Below are positions 50,823 through 64,000 of a stretch of DNA of 64,000 nt, one piece after another (positions within the stretch are counted from its first letter, which is position 1; each line of letters starts with the position of its first letter). This stretch comes from Ginglymostoma cirratum (Eukaryota). The notes under the pieces are model-generated. The model did no database searches. It saw only the letters and a list, made by a program, of their open reading frames with translations, and was not told where the DNA came from. The stretch covers positions 1,665,425 to 1,729,424 of the forward strand of contig JAHRHZ010000068.1 of assembly GCA_024137785.1 (NCBI GenBank), written 5' to 3'. The translations under genes and the position numbers were made by a program.

Positions 50823-52149
50823 GTACTCCATAGCACTTTGGGCTTTACATGTTGTAATGTAAGAAGGTGCACTTGATGCACATGGAGTGATCACCCAGTC
50901 AGTGACTGTAGGGGTTCAGACTGGGTTGTATGAAGAAGCGTCCATCTGTTTGATCATTTGGTAGAGGAGAACTTGAGTTTTGCTGAAAAAATGGCAGATT
51001 TTGTTGAAACCTTTCGACCTGGACTCATCGGCACATTTTGCAAGAACACCAATTCGATGGGAAAACCAACATTTATACTGCATATGAGAGCAATGCCGAT
51101 TGGTTGGCAAGTGGGCTTTGATTGGTAGAGATGCTTTCATGAATGATGATTGACAATTACCAGCCAGGTTTGTTTAAATTTTAAACTGGGCATGTTGATG
51201 CTTATTGGTCAGAGCATTGCCCTGAGAAAGGACTCAGCGAATGGCAAATTTATTTTGTCAAGTTGAAAACAGCGCAGTGTGTGTACATTTTCTTCCTATC
51301 TGCTTGAGGGCACATGACATCCTCTGTGAGGAGATTCACGACTTTTATGTCAATCGAGATCCAGCAAAGTGGATAACCAGTGGATAGTGGAGATGTGCAT
51401 AGACATGTGGGCCACCAGCTCATCCATAAATTGAATACAACCAAGGCATCTAGAGATTTCCCCAGTCACTCATCCATCTTAAGTTAGCAGGAAAGTGCAA
51501 ATGAGGAACATCTGCCTATTTCTTCTGGAACACTTCAGTGGGCAGTTTCTTAACCTCTCTGCCAGTGCCTCAAGTTGACATGACAACAGAAGAGGGTGAA
51601 GTTAGTGCAAGACCAGGAATTTCTAAACCTCAGGCAACTGAAGGAAAGCTGCCATCCCTTGCCACAAAGCAGCATGATTGGCAACATTCCTGCACCTAAC
51701 TGCAAGCACAGACAGAGCATTAGGCAGGAATGCCAGTGAGTGTTAAGAAGAGCCTTGGCCTGTATTTGGCTTTCACAGGTGGAAAGATTATGTAAATATG
51801 AAGATTTAGTTCTGTTGTGCATCTCAAAAAATCCTTCATTCATACTAGCTGCTTCTCATTCCCATTCTTGCTGCCCAATCTTGTCTCAGCTACAGCCTTG
51901 GACTCACACAATGGATAAAACCATGTCCACTCAGTGTATAAGGATCTTGCCATGTCTGCTGAGGATGAGTAGTGAGCAATGGAGTGTAAAATGAAGGAGA
52001 CAATAGCAGAACTGATTAAATGTAAGATTCATTTGGGTGTAAGCCTTCCTTGCACATTTTTCTTTGCACCTTGCCTGTGAGCCAAAGTGTTTTTTTTATC
52101 TTCCATCACCTGGTCAGTTGACTCCTTCATATCTCCATCCTGGAGGAGG

Positions 52150-53000
52150 TATCATGATCAACAATGTCCCAATTAATCAAGAGCTCCACCTCCCTGCAGA
52201 CGACTGCAATATTGAACTGGGAAATATTAAAGAGCTTCATCTAATTGGTCCAAGAAACTGATTGGCCCACTGTGTGGCCTTTCAGGTATTGTACTCTCCC
52301 TCTGCATTTGAGTGGTATCCTCATGGACATCAGTGACCATGTCCACCGAGGGTAGCCTTTGTCTTTGACTATGTATCCCAGAAGGCATGCAGTAGGGATT
52401 CCTAAAAAGCTGTGGCATTTGCATCTGCTGCAATATGTGGATCTTCATTCTACTTCCCAGGTAAAAGGTACACATCTAAAGAATTTAATTCTGGTGGCTG
52501 CAGAACAGTATAATGTTGATGGAATGGAAGGCATTCCTGTTGATGAAAGCCACTTGGTTGATGAAAGCTTTGATGGCCCCATCTGTACAATCAATGATAT
52601 TTTTCACCTGCGGAATCCACAGCTGGTCCCAAAGATGATGATCCTCTCCACCTGACTGCCCAGGCTGGTGTTATTTCATATCACAGGCCCTCTTCAACAT
52701 GATATGAATCAACTCCGTGATGGGCTGCAGCCTGGGAGATCCCACACCAGCTCCTAGCAGATTACCAGTAAGAGCTGAAGGTGGAGCATTGATCATCAAC
52801 ACCATTGCCATTGTGTGCCCACTAATCCACATGAATTTCAGATCATCTTGCCAATTGGCACAGGGGATCAGTGATGATCTCTCTAAGCAACTACAATCTT
52901 GGCTCACACTGCTGCTCAGTTACTTGAAGAGAGTTTCACCTCAGGGGGTACACTTTTGGAGAATGTCTCTGGAGAAGGCAGTTGGCATGTCCCTTATATC
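52150..53000 (-). mobile_element. Decayed PIF/Harbinger transposase
   Basis: Minus strand VKNIIDCTDGAIK, FINRNAFHSINIILFCSH (52512-52547 region), YLGS and KDKGYP (52349-52366) in Harbinger order. Confidence 0.8.
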
Positions 53001-53344
53001 TTTCTCCAGTGCCCGACTCCTAGGCTGCTGCTTTTGCTGCTCCTGAGGTCTTGATGTACTCCTACTCCCTCACTCTGAATGGCCCCTTTTTCACAATGGG
53101 AGGAGCCCAAAACCTGGGTGAAGAAAGCCCATGGCAGCTGGCTAAACATCTTCACCGAAGAAACTGAGTAGATGTCATGTAGCTACAGATCATACAAACG
53201 AAGCAGCGTGCATTTGAAAAACATTATATAAGGTGGCAGTTGTAAACCGTGAGAGTCAAGTTCAATGCATGTACCTAATGTAGGGAAGCATTGCATCTGT
53301 GTATGTTATTGTGTGATGATCGAATATAAGTTATTTATATGGCT

Positions 53345-54130
53345 TAGTCATAGAATCATAAATAAAGGACAATGCAGAAGTAGGCCATTCTCCATTGAGA
53401 ATGCACCAGATATATGAATGAGCAATACAGTAAGTCCTACTATTCTGACAGCTTTTCCTCCTACAAACAATTGTCCAATTCTTTGCTGGAGCTACTATTG
53501 ACTCAGAACCAAGCATACTATTAAGCAGTACATTAAAAATATCACTTAGTCTGAGCATAAAAACGTTGTTCTCATGTTGTATCAGATTCTTTTGCCCATC
53601 ACCTTGATGCTATGCCCTTTGGTTATCAACTGTCCAAACAGTTTCTCTCTATTGATTTTATCTCCACCTTTCCTGATGTAAACATCTCTATCAAAGATCC
53701 TCTTAGTCTTCTTCTCTGTGAGAAGAACATGCCTAGCTTCTCCAGTCCGTCCATATGATCGTAATCCTTCATGCCCAGAGCTATTCTATGTAAATTAATC
53801 ATTCATTGTAAATTTCTTAGTTACTCCCGTTCCCAATCCCTCATGTCCTTCCCAAGGTATGGTATCCAGAATTGGTAAATGACCTAACTGGGGCTACTGT
53901 TTTATATTGGTTTAGCATAACTTCCTGACTTTGATAGTCTATACTCCTTGTTATAAAATCCCAAATCCCATTTGCTTTAGCAACTACATTGTTAACTTAC
54001 CCTGAACCTTCAAAGATTTGTAATTTGTAATCACACTCAGGCTCTGCTCTACTTGCACAACTTGTTAAGCTATACTATCTAAGTTGTATTGTCTCGCTTC
54101 ATTCTTCCTACAAAATAAATCACCTTAAGT
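53345..54130 (-). mobile_element. Very old CR1-clade relic
   Basis: tcatagaatcata tail..gaagtaggccatt start, with CR1-like reverse-strand blocks downstream. Confidence 0.5.
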
Positions 54131-54189
54131 TTTCTGTTTCAAGTTTTCTTTTCAGTTTTGAATTAGCCCATCCCATGCATACTGACTGA

Positions 54190-54575
54190 AGTCTAGATGA
54201 AGTGATGACTTGATTGAAACCAATAAGGTCCTGAGAGGGTTTGACAGAATGGATGTGGAAAGGATGGTTCCTCTGGTGGAAGAATGCGAACAAGGGGCCA
54301 AAACAAATGGCTTCCATTTAAGACAGAAATTAGAAAGTTTTTTTCATTGTCCCTCAGAAGGTAGTGAGTCTTTGCAACTCTCTTTCTCAAAAGGTGGTGG
54401 AAGCAGAGTCTTTGAGTATTAGTAAGGCAGAGGTAGACAGATTCTTGGTAGGCAAAAGGCAAAAGATTATCAGGGAATGTAGAATTGAGGCTCCAATCAG
54501 ATTAGTCATGATCTTATTAAATGGCAGAGCAAACTTGATGGGCCAGGCGTCCAACTCCTAACTCATATGTTCATA
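54190..54575 (+). mobile_element. CR1-clade LINE 3' end
   Basis: DLIETNKVLRGFDRMDVERMVPL..VVSLCNSLSQKVVEA..KAEVDRFL followed by a CR1 3'UTR. Confidence 0.8.
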
Positions 54576-54909
54576 TGCCCACACATTCCTTCAGCCTCTT
54601 TGTATTCTCTTGAAATCTATTTCTATCTTCTTCATTGTTATTACATTTCCAAATTTTAAGGTGCATATTTCAAAATTGTGTTCTGTTCTTCCAAGTCCAA
54701 GACATTGATCTGTATCAAAGACATCAGTGGTCCAAATACTAAAAGTTGGGAAATGCTACCGTTTATCTCCCTCCAGTCTGAGGAACAGCCATTTTCCACA
54801 ACTTTGTTTTCTCTCCATAGTCAATTTAACAATACTCAGCTGCTGCCTTTTATATCCTGTAGGCTTCAATTTAGCTAAGAACCCTAATGTGTCATAAGCA
54901 AATTATGTA

Positions 54910-55230
54910 TTGTATTCTTTCGGAGGATGGGGGCTTCACTGGCTTGGCAGCATTCATCATCAATCCCTAGATGCCCTGGAGAAGGTGGTGATGAGCTGCC
55001 TTCCTGAACCACTGCGGCCATATGGTATTACCATAACCACAAGTTCCAGAATTTTGACCATTGACCTTCAAGGAATGGCAATATATTTCCAAATCAGAAT
55101 GGCGAGTGGCTTGGAGTGAAACGTGTAGGTGGTGGTTTTCCCATATATCTGCTGCCATTGTCCTTCTTGATAGTAGATGCTGCAGGTTTGGAAAGTGCTG
55201 TTGAAGGAAGTTTGACAAGTTGGTGCATTG
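54910..55230. repeat. Dispersed LINE-end-like repeat
   Basis: Same family as 31110-31390 and 57850-57965. Confidence 0.6.
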
Positions 55231-57180
55231 CATCAAATGCCTTTTGAAAGTCCTTATGCACAATAGCAACACACTTCAACAAATGGGTGCTAGCTTGCTT
55301 TATTGGTCCATATTCTCTAAGTGGCTGCCAATTTTCTCATGGTTAGGTATTTTTTAACCCCTTCCACTTGGTCAAAGTTAAACCAACTGATTTTTTTTTA
55401 TGCTTCTCCCCATTTTTGAATAAAGTTGTAACATATTTTTGGCTTTTGGTACCACATCGCTGTCTAAGAATGTTTGAAAGATTTGTGGCCAGCATTTTCC
55501 CAATTTCTATCCTTACTAAAGATAAAACCTATTACTTTAAGTTTTTCCAGTACCTTCTTTTTTAAACTATTTTATCTCCTCCAGTATCTTGGTGAACTCT
55601 TTATTGGTTATAGGTTGTATTCCTTGTTACATACCAATGCAAGATAATTAACAGGAATTCTATGCATGGATTCAAACTCCAAAAGATCTCCATTTAGGGC
55701 CCTAACTGGCCCACCACTCCACTGGCAAATTTTTAACTGCTAATGTGCTTACAAGAGACATTGGGCATCCTCTTTGTACAAATCTATTCGTACAGTGTCT
55801 AGTTTCCATTCCTATTTCTTTTTACACTTCTCGATGATTTCTTTATATTCATCTCGAATCTTCTTTTTATAATCAAGCTGACATTTGTCAAATGGTCCCG
55901 TTTTCTGCTCCATCCTATTATAGAGCTCTTTTGTCATCAATGTTGCTCTGATTTTAGTTGCAATACCTTACCTCCTTCTGGGAATGCGCTCAAGACTGTT
56001 ATCAAATTAAATCCTTTTCAAGGTCTTTTATTGCTGTCTGCCTGTCTGTGCCTCCAAATTATCCTGGCCAGGTTCCCAATCAATTTGGTAAATGAGACTT
56101 TGTCCATGTAGGGATTTTCATTCTGGATTGTTCCCTGGTCCTTCTCCTTAAACTTTGATACTATGATCCCTATCCCTGACATGCAGCTTGATTGTGACAT
56201 TCCCCAATCGATCCATTTAATTTCTTAGGAATAGATCTAGTAACACTTCCTTTCTGATTGCGCTGGAAACATATTGATCAAGAAAATAATTCTTTTGGTA
56301 ATAAGGGAAGAAGCTTTGTTCATGGTTAAGAGCACCCTGGTTTCAAAGGAGATATAATAAAAGACTAATGCGAGATGAAATCATATGTCAGAGTTGGGGT
56401 GGGGGCAGTGGTGAATGTGGGGAGGTGAAGACTCAAGTAGATGGGTGGTGTAGGGACCTGGGGAGGTGCAAAATCTAGGCAAAAGGCTATCAGGAATGGG
56501 TTCTGGATATTCAGGATCTCACTGTTATTCTTGAGAAGATGCTGGTGAACTGCAGTCTGTACATCTGTGCGTGCTAGTCTATAATAACTTAATTTTGTTC
56601 TCTTTGTAAATCAAACTTTTCGATAGACTTTCACAAGTGTATTGCACAAACAATATAGAATGTTATTGGTTAGCGTTACACTGATTATTTAGTATATAAA
56701 AGGACTTTCTGTTGTTATATCAGACTTAAATCTTATATTTGATTCTAAATTGATGAAAAAATCCTTCATAACTGGAATATTGAGTCAATCTACAACATTG
56801 CGGAGTTTGAAACAGCTACAGTGCCTAGTGGAGTCATTATGGTTGTTACAAACCACATCCTTAGAACAAGAGCGCAATGAGTAGCCCAAAATCCCCTGTC
56901 AAGTATACATTTATATTTAGAATGCAAAGCAGGAAAAGCAAAGAGTTTAAGGTTATGAGCCATAAGTACTACAAAATATGGCTATAATGTACCCACTCAA
57001 CAGCTCTCATTGCTTTAGCTCCTATAATTTTGGTAACACATGCTGCACAACTACTTCCTTTTCTCAGACCGAATGGTATTGATCCTCCGTTTAAAGTCAT
57101 GTGCAGTCATGTAGGGAGGGAGTGGGTGCGGAATGAGGCAAGAGGAGAGAAGGAAGGAGAATGATGTTGGGGAGAAGCTG

Positions 57181-57280
57181 GTTAATCATAGCAACAATTT
57201 AGAATAGCCTCAGCTGTTACCATGGTGATGACAACAGCTAGGGATCAGCGAAAAAAGCCAATGACAGGAATGCAAATCCT
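57181..57280. promoter_or_regulatory. Candidate regulatory element (two X-box-like motifs, CCAAT, octamer)
   Basis: GTTAATCATAGCAAC (57181-57195), GTTACCATGGTGAT (57216-57229), CCAAT (57258-57262) and ATGCAAAT (57270-57277) in unique sequence. Confidence 0.35.
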
Positions 57281-59454
57281 GTACAGCTTTGATGTTGAAA
57301 CTTTTAGATTTCCTTTGTTCTCTTGTATGTATCTATTCATAGGATAAAAATTTTGTATTTTCACTGAACTTATAACTGTCGTGCAGGAAAATCAATATTC
57401 TCTTTCAAGTCTTCATTTCTGCTTCAATATTGGGTGTCCTCGCTTTGTACAGTGTAAATAGTGAGGCACATTGTAAGTGTACCTATTCTCAGAGGACCTC
57501 CCTGCCCCAGCTCTTGCTGGGTCTCATTCACAGACTTTTATGACTTGTAATTTAAACATGTGTTTCTGTCACCACAATGGGTTGACTCAGTACTGCAGTT
57601 CTCCTCTGACTGGTAAGTGCCATTTCCAACATGCCTCGTGGTAAAATAACAGACAATTTTATAGAATTTAAGGGTAATGTTCATGGACAAGTCTCCATCT
57701 AAGAGCTTAAAAATAAGGCAGCAGTAACAGTGGAGTCTGACTGAATGCCTGGAATAATGTTACTATTCAATAAAAGATACCAAACACTTTGGGTAAGACT
57801 CCATACAATCCCCTAACAGTATACTACATCACCCTATTTTTTATTATTAGATCATAGGGTAGGTGTTGAGATCGAGGCAAGTATCCATCATCCTTCCCTA
57901 AGTGGCCCTGAGAAGGTGATGGTGAACTGCTTCTTGGCTCATTGCGGTTCATAAGGTGTAGGTACATATCATATGACATCTCCTTGACTTACACAAATAC
58001 TCTCATACTTTCTATCATCATTTTCTCCATCAGTTGCATCAGTCTTTTAACACTCCACCATAAATGAAGAAAGACAATACTTTGAATGAGATATCTTTTT
58101 ATTTACCTTATGTGAATTTTATAAGGTTCTAGCTGTTTCTGTTCGATTGTACTTTTCCTCCATTTAAGTGTTGATTCCTTCCTAAATTACATTCCTAAGG
58201 CTTTTGGAATCCAAGTTGGATTACAAATTTCTGAGTGACTTACACATCACAATTTAACGGTTCTGCATTTTGCAGTGTCTCAACTTAAGATAAAAGCACC
58301 AACAATACAACAAAGTAAAATATGATCGATACTGAACATTTGAAATGCAGAAAATCTCAGCAATACTTGTCTCGTCAGACAGAATCTTTGAAGAAGCAGA
58401 GTTAACATTTTAGATGAATGATTCCATAAAAACTTGGATAAGCTATAAATGGAATAAGTTTTAAGCAAGTGAAACTTCCAAGGATGGAAAAGAGAATAAG
58501 AGGTACGATCCATGGTAGGGTAGAAAACAGGACAGATTAGATAACAAAACAGAAGGTGGTGCCTAGAAAAGGTGTGAATGGCAGAACAAAGAGCAGCTAC
58601 CATCAGAAAACAAAAACAAGGGACAACTCTGAGGCTTAAAACTTGCTTCCTTTTAGGGTAACGAAAATGGAAATTATCAATGACTTTGTCATGAAATTGA
58701 GTGGGCACTTAAGGAAAATAAATTTACAGGGCTACAGGTATAGAGTCAAAAAATGGGACTGACTTGATTGATTCGCAATATAGGAAGCAAGCATAGATGT
58801 AATGGACAAAATGACATCCTTCTATGTGTCAATGGCATCTTGAGCCAGGTTTACAAATGAGTTTGGTGCAACGATCTGATGTGACCAACATTGGCAAATT
58901 GCAGTCCTAGAGGTCATCTCCAGATACTTTGAGGAGAGCTACAAATTTTCAAGGCGCTACCAGGGTGGGGAAGGTTGCTTGCTGCCAATTAATGGTTCAT
59001 GAAGCCCCTTAAAAAGCTTATTAAGGGACTGGGACATTAGAGAATGCAGTTTTAAAAACCTTGTTTTGGTGGATTTGTCCAGTCTGGCCATAGAGATTGT
59101 TGAGGGTCCGAAGAAAAGATCATTATCTGACAAGGTAAGTCACTGGACCCTCAGATAATCAGGGCAGGATGATGGAGATTACCTTGAGTTGGCAATCATT
59201 TATCCTCTATTGCCTTCTGATCAGCTGCCTGTCCTACTTGCCAGGCTGTGTTAGGCCCCACTATGGCTGTAGCCTCCTTTTGCTGAAGGCACCAGGTAGG
59301 GAGCTGACAAATCGTGGATGCACCAGATGCAGCCAGAAACATTTATTTCCCAATGAGTTTGCCTCTGCAGATTAGGCATTTACGTTTTAAAATAGAAAAA
59401 TGACAAAATTACAGCATGACTGATCAAAAGATCCAGCTCAGTGAGTCTATGATC

Positions 59455-59810
59455 CTTTGAAAGATTCATCAACCTGAAATATTGACTCTTGTTTCTCTCT
59501 CCAAAAAGGTTGCCAGGGCTGCTGAGTATTTCCAATATTTCTAGCTTTCATTTTGAATTTAATACCATTCACACACATTGTGGTTAAACCAGCTGAGCCA
59601 ACAAAGATGTTGCAAGGTGTGGTTTTGTTTAATAAAGTGCAAAATTACAAATCAGCACAATTAGTAATTCATACCATTCAATTGTGATTAGGTTTACACT
59701 ATGTAGAACAAAACCAGAAATTGCTGGAGAAGTCAGCAGGACCGGCAGCATTTGCAGAGTCAAAGCTGAGTCAATGTTTCAGGACCGGCGACCCTTCTTT
59801 AGAACTTCTT
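59455..59810. repeat. Two old Penelope-tail/hammerhead relics (+ at 59455-59550, - at 59705-59810)
   Basis: acctgaaatattgactc..tttctctctcca..gctgctgagtatttcca on +; on - strand tctaaagaagggtcgccggtcctgaaacattgactc..tgctgccggtcctgctgacttctccagc. Confidence 0.55.
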
Positions 59811-62800
59811 TTTGTACTATATGAGCAGTGGCTGCTTATTAAACAATTTTCTTTCCTATTATCTAGCCTTCCCAACTTGTCATTTTGATTCTCAGGTGCT
59901 AAGTTTTGCAGGGTTTTGTTTCACCACAGGCTGTCAGTCTTCTAATACTTTTTCAAACAGTTGTTCTTCGCATGTGTGAGTGTTAGCTGTTTGTTCAATT
60001 ACGGAGAACAGTAAGCTGCCAGCAAGCCTTCTGGTTAATGGCACATTGCAGCATCATGTATAGTACATTTAGCAATTAAATCATCATTGGGGGAACTGCA
60101 GCCAAAATATTTATGCATATGAAAATTATTCAGATAAGGATATGTTTAATTCACAGATTGCCAAAACATTGAGCTTACATTTAACATTGCATTAAAAAAT
60201 ATCTCACCTCATTTCAACCTAGAGAAGAATTATTTTGAAACAGCAAACAGCTATCAGGGTAAAAGTATCCTTTGGAGACTACAAATTACAGTTGTTAGTC
60301 TGTTTTGAGGTCTTCTCACTAACTAAGGTGGATCATTAAATTGACTTGAAGTAGGATCATAAGTTTCAATAGAAGCATCTCCAAAAAACAGCACATTAGA
60401 GATGTTCTCCATATCTTTTGGACCATATGATGAAAGATAACTTCATCAATGTCAACAAACAGTGCATTGGATGGATTAATTCCTAGCTCCAGCACTAAGT
60501 ATACTTCCTGGCTGGAGAATTCGGATGATTAAAGGGATAACTATCACAAAAGCATTCTGATTTCTAAACTTGCATCAACAACCTCATTGCCTATTGTATC
60601 AGGAAGTACACTGATTCAGTGTATGAGCCCAACACAATCGAAGTGCTCGTCCAAAATCTGCTGAATATACTTCAATCTCATTCAGCTGATGCAAACTATC
60701 AGTGAAATATATTTCACATACACCCAGCTAGTACAATCAGTTATCTAGTAACATTTAAACTAATGTGATGGATATTTTGTACTGTCAGATGAAATCAGAT
60801 CAAAAACACCCCAGAGCTTTGTGAGGTGTGGCTTCTAACATTGCTGTTTTCTTCTGGCCAAATATCCACACTATTTCAGTCCAGCCTAAACAAACTCTTA
60901 ACAGGAAAATGCGAAATGTTGATTCTGTTCACCATCTTGCAAGCAGTGTGCCTGAGGGAGTAGTCGTACCTCATATATTTGAAAATGTATACTTCCACAT
61001 AGTCATCAGAGAAACCCACAGGAAATTCCTTTGCTTCTAAATAGCACACAGCAGACCTGCTACCAAGTGTTACCTTTAGAGATGGCTTCTGTGAGACTTC
61101 TCAATTGCCAAGGAGAACTGAGCAACATAGCTAGTATGTTCAAGCAAGGCTCTTACCTGACAAAGCCCCAGATGGAACCATTGATGGCATTAATTTCATA
61201 GAAGACAGGTTTAAACTGTTGTAGGGATAAAGTTCTTGCCAGAAAATGTTTTCGTTAGAAATTCAGAAACTGGCAGCTTTCATTGCTGGGAACAGGATCA
61301 GAGAGAGAGAAGAAAAACTACTTCAGGGGTTTGGAATTAATGACTGCAGCCATTTTTGCACATAAACACACCAGCCTTTTCATGGAGCCGTTCAGCCAAA
61401 GCCTGTAGTCATTTGAGCATTGTCCTTTGTTACAAACAGTGAGAACGGAAACAAAAAAAGACTCTAAATGTCTCAAATTAAATTGACAGAAGAAAAAGAG
61501 CACTGAAATGATCTTCTCCATGACAGGAAGAAAGGAACCAAGTTAAAATTCCTTAAACTTGAAGCAAAATTCTCTGTATATTGATCTCCCTAAGATTTTG
61601 ACGTTTATGCTTCTGCATGTAATAACCATAACTGTCTGACAATCAGGGTTTTTTTCCCAACAAAGAAAGAGCACACCTTTGAAAAATAATAAGAAGTTGC
61701 CAAAAATTAAGTAAGATAGGGAAAAAAGAAATTTAAGTGTGGAGAAATAACGCTTTGGATTTAGTTCAAAAGGAATTGATGACGGATGAGTTGGGGATGC
61801 TTACTAGGGCATGGGAAGGGAACATTATGTGATTGGCTAAAACTATGCATTCTTGAAAGTCAAACCTCCTGGAAAAACTACTGCTATGGAATTTGCTGTC
61901 TTTGGATCATTCCCACAGTATGTGGAAATGACCACTGGAAAAATAGAATACAGTGCTATAGGTTTAGTGATTAATCAACCACTTTGGAGGTTTTCCAAAT
62001 AGCATCGCTCTGAATCTTTTGTATGACATTGTTACATTTCTCCAAACTGATCTTAACACTGAGAATTTAACTGAACTTTTATACCCAGGGCCATCTGCGC
62101 CAAGCCAAATCCATTTTGTGAGAAAGAAAGATCTGTTTTTACAAATGGAAATCTTATGATCACATATGGCCTTTAAACTGGAGATCTGCAACATCCACTC
62201 TGCATTAAAGGAGTGGGTTTTTTTTGTGATTTCTATTTAATGAGCAAAAGGCACTCCTCAATCTCCAGATGGGACTTTTCTTTTAAAAAAAGTACTCTAG
62301 CAACTGCTCAAAAAAAAAACAAAGTAGTTTCTTCAGCACACAGTGAAATTTCCAAGTCCTACTTTCCTTCCGCAAAATGTGGAGTTAATGATGGGATAGT
62401 GGTGAAACTAACCTTTTTCGGTAAAAGTGTCAAACTACAAATTGAGAATATCGGCCTTGACATGGTTGCAGGAGACCTATTATTTGAAATTTTTTAAAAA
62501 ATTTAAAAATTGGATATTTTTGATTGGCATGTCATTGGTGGGGAAACTAGAAGTTAGTCATTCTATTTATTTCAATCTTGAGGAGAATTTTATTGCTGCT
62601 CAGAATTTGGCAGGATTTTCCCATATACTTTTGCCTGGCATAATAGTTTATTCGTAGGGAGAATCATTTTCTGCACATATGTTAAAGCACTTCTGTTAGT
62701 AAATATGTATGAGCCTCCCACTCTTGCCACTGATCCCTGAGTGTATTTATCATTTCCATGCGTTAATTTTATGTGGATAGTAAATTACTCAACTAAATCA

Positions 62801-62905
62801 CACATTTTCCATAGATGGCAGAATAACCTTATCAAGCTGGAAACAAAGGTTCTGATTCCTGACCATATTCCCAATAACTTACTGCACATAATGCCAACAG
62901 CTCAG

Positions 62906-63040
62906 AGATAATGGGTACTGCAGATGCCGGAGAATCCGAGATAACAAGGTGTGGAGCTGGATGAACACAGCAGGCCAAGCAGCATCCTGCTCCTATGATG
63001 CTGCTTGGCCTGCTGTGTTCATCCAACTCCACACCTTGTT
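62906..63040 (-). mobile_element. Palindromic Penelope-derived mini-element lacking the hammerhead centre
   Basis: Same arms, joined at agcagcatc|ctgctcctatgatg; 15-bp TSD atgccaacagctcag at 62891-62905 and 63041-63055. Confidence 0.9.
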
Positions 63041-63764
63041 ATGCCAACAGCTCAGTTTGGTGTGAAATGACATCTGTATAGAAGCAGGGACTGGACAAAT
63101 AATGAAGCTCGGAAGAGCCAATCTGTGTTTGAATCTATTTGCAAGTGCCCATAACCTTAGATGCTGGCATGAAATTACAAATTGTATACATTCTTTCAAT
63201 GTGCAATTAGAAGAGTCAAAGAGCATTGCTTCAGTTATGTACAGCCCATCATGCTAGGTTAATGTGGTACACGCTGTCTAGGAAAGTCTTGCCTAAAACA
63301 ATCCAAGAGATTTTTTCCTGATCTTCAGGGGGTCTATGGTCAATTCCACCATGGCCCTAGTCAAAGCATTGTGTCTATGCTTGGCCTCAGACAGGGGATT
63401 CTATGTTGGAGTCATCAGTCATTGTCGCAGATGGTAACCCTTGTCTCCCAGTAACCATGTGTGAAAGTCCTTGATTGTTTACCATATTCCTTCATACAGT
63501 GGGGCATGGAACATCAATGAGAAGGGCCAGGGACTACCTCTGCCTTTGACATAGGGACCTTATTCCAACAAACGCTGCACTAGCCATCTTGAGTAAAGAA
63601 AAGATCGGAGTTTGTAAATACTGTATGATCACCCACTCCTTATCCTCCTCCCCATCCCCAACATCATCTTAACAAAGTCAGCATTGCATTTCAGAGCATT
63701 TTGCTGAATACCTACAGTTTAAAGTAAGATGATATCAGCTCTGTGCCCTTGTACAACCTATGAG

Positions 63765-63868
63765 ATCTGAAGATGAATCATATTACACACAAAATGTTAA
63801 CTCTGTTTCATTGTTCTCAGATGCTGCCAGACCTGCTAAGTTTCTCCAGCATGTTTCGTTTTTATTAT
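63765..63868 (+). repeat. Old Penelope-tail relic
   Basis: ctgaagatga...aaaatgttaactctgtttc..cagatgctgccagacctgct.agtttctccagca has the same layout as the Penelope 3' end at 45483-45560. Confidence 0.55.
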
Positions 63869-64000
63869 CTATGAGACCTTGTATTGTATTTTTGGATTGT
63901 GGCCTACGACTGAAACTTTAAACATCGTCTGTGAGATGCTTCATGAGATGACTATGTTCAATCTGCAAAGACCAGTGGCAAAGTGAGGATTACTTCTGAT

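Noticed and set aside
19956-63040. Recurring palindromic repeats read as CRISPR repeats or classical MITEs
   Set aside because: They are dispersed rather than arrayed with spacers; the arms are asymmetric, TSDs are long, and the sequence matches the Penelope 3' end.

Overview
Eukaryotic, AT-rich vertebrate genomic DNA; the repeat content (HE1/V-SINE-like and SacSINE-like SINEs, CR1 LINEs, Penelope-like elements) points to a shark or other elasmobranch. The + strand carries the 3' end of FOXP1: a 170-nt forkhead exon matching the mutually exclusive 'ES-type' exon 18b (931-1100), then exons at 5293-5362, 31627-31793 and 37521-37665 (stop), and a long repeat-free 3'UTR to about 41.3 kb. The canonical exon 18a probably lies in the N-gap at 383-514. 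The 26-kb intron and the downstream flank hold CR1 LINE fragments, tRNA-derived SINEs, two decayed Harbinger transposons and one decayed Penelope-like (RT + GIY-YIG) element. They also hold six short palindromic Penelope-derived insertions, five with 13-15 bp target-site duplications, whose symmetry centre usually carries minimal hammerhead-ribozyme cores (back-to-back on both strands in the best copy). Most ORFs in the supplied track are spurious or TE-derived. All family assignments rest on recognition by eye; no searches were run.
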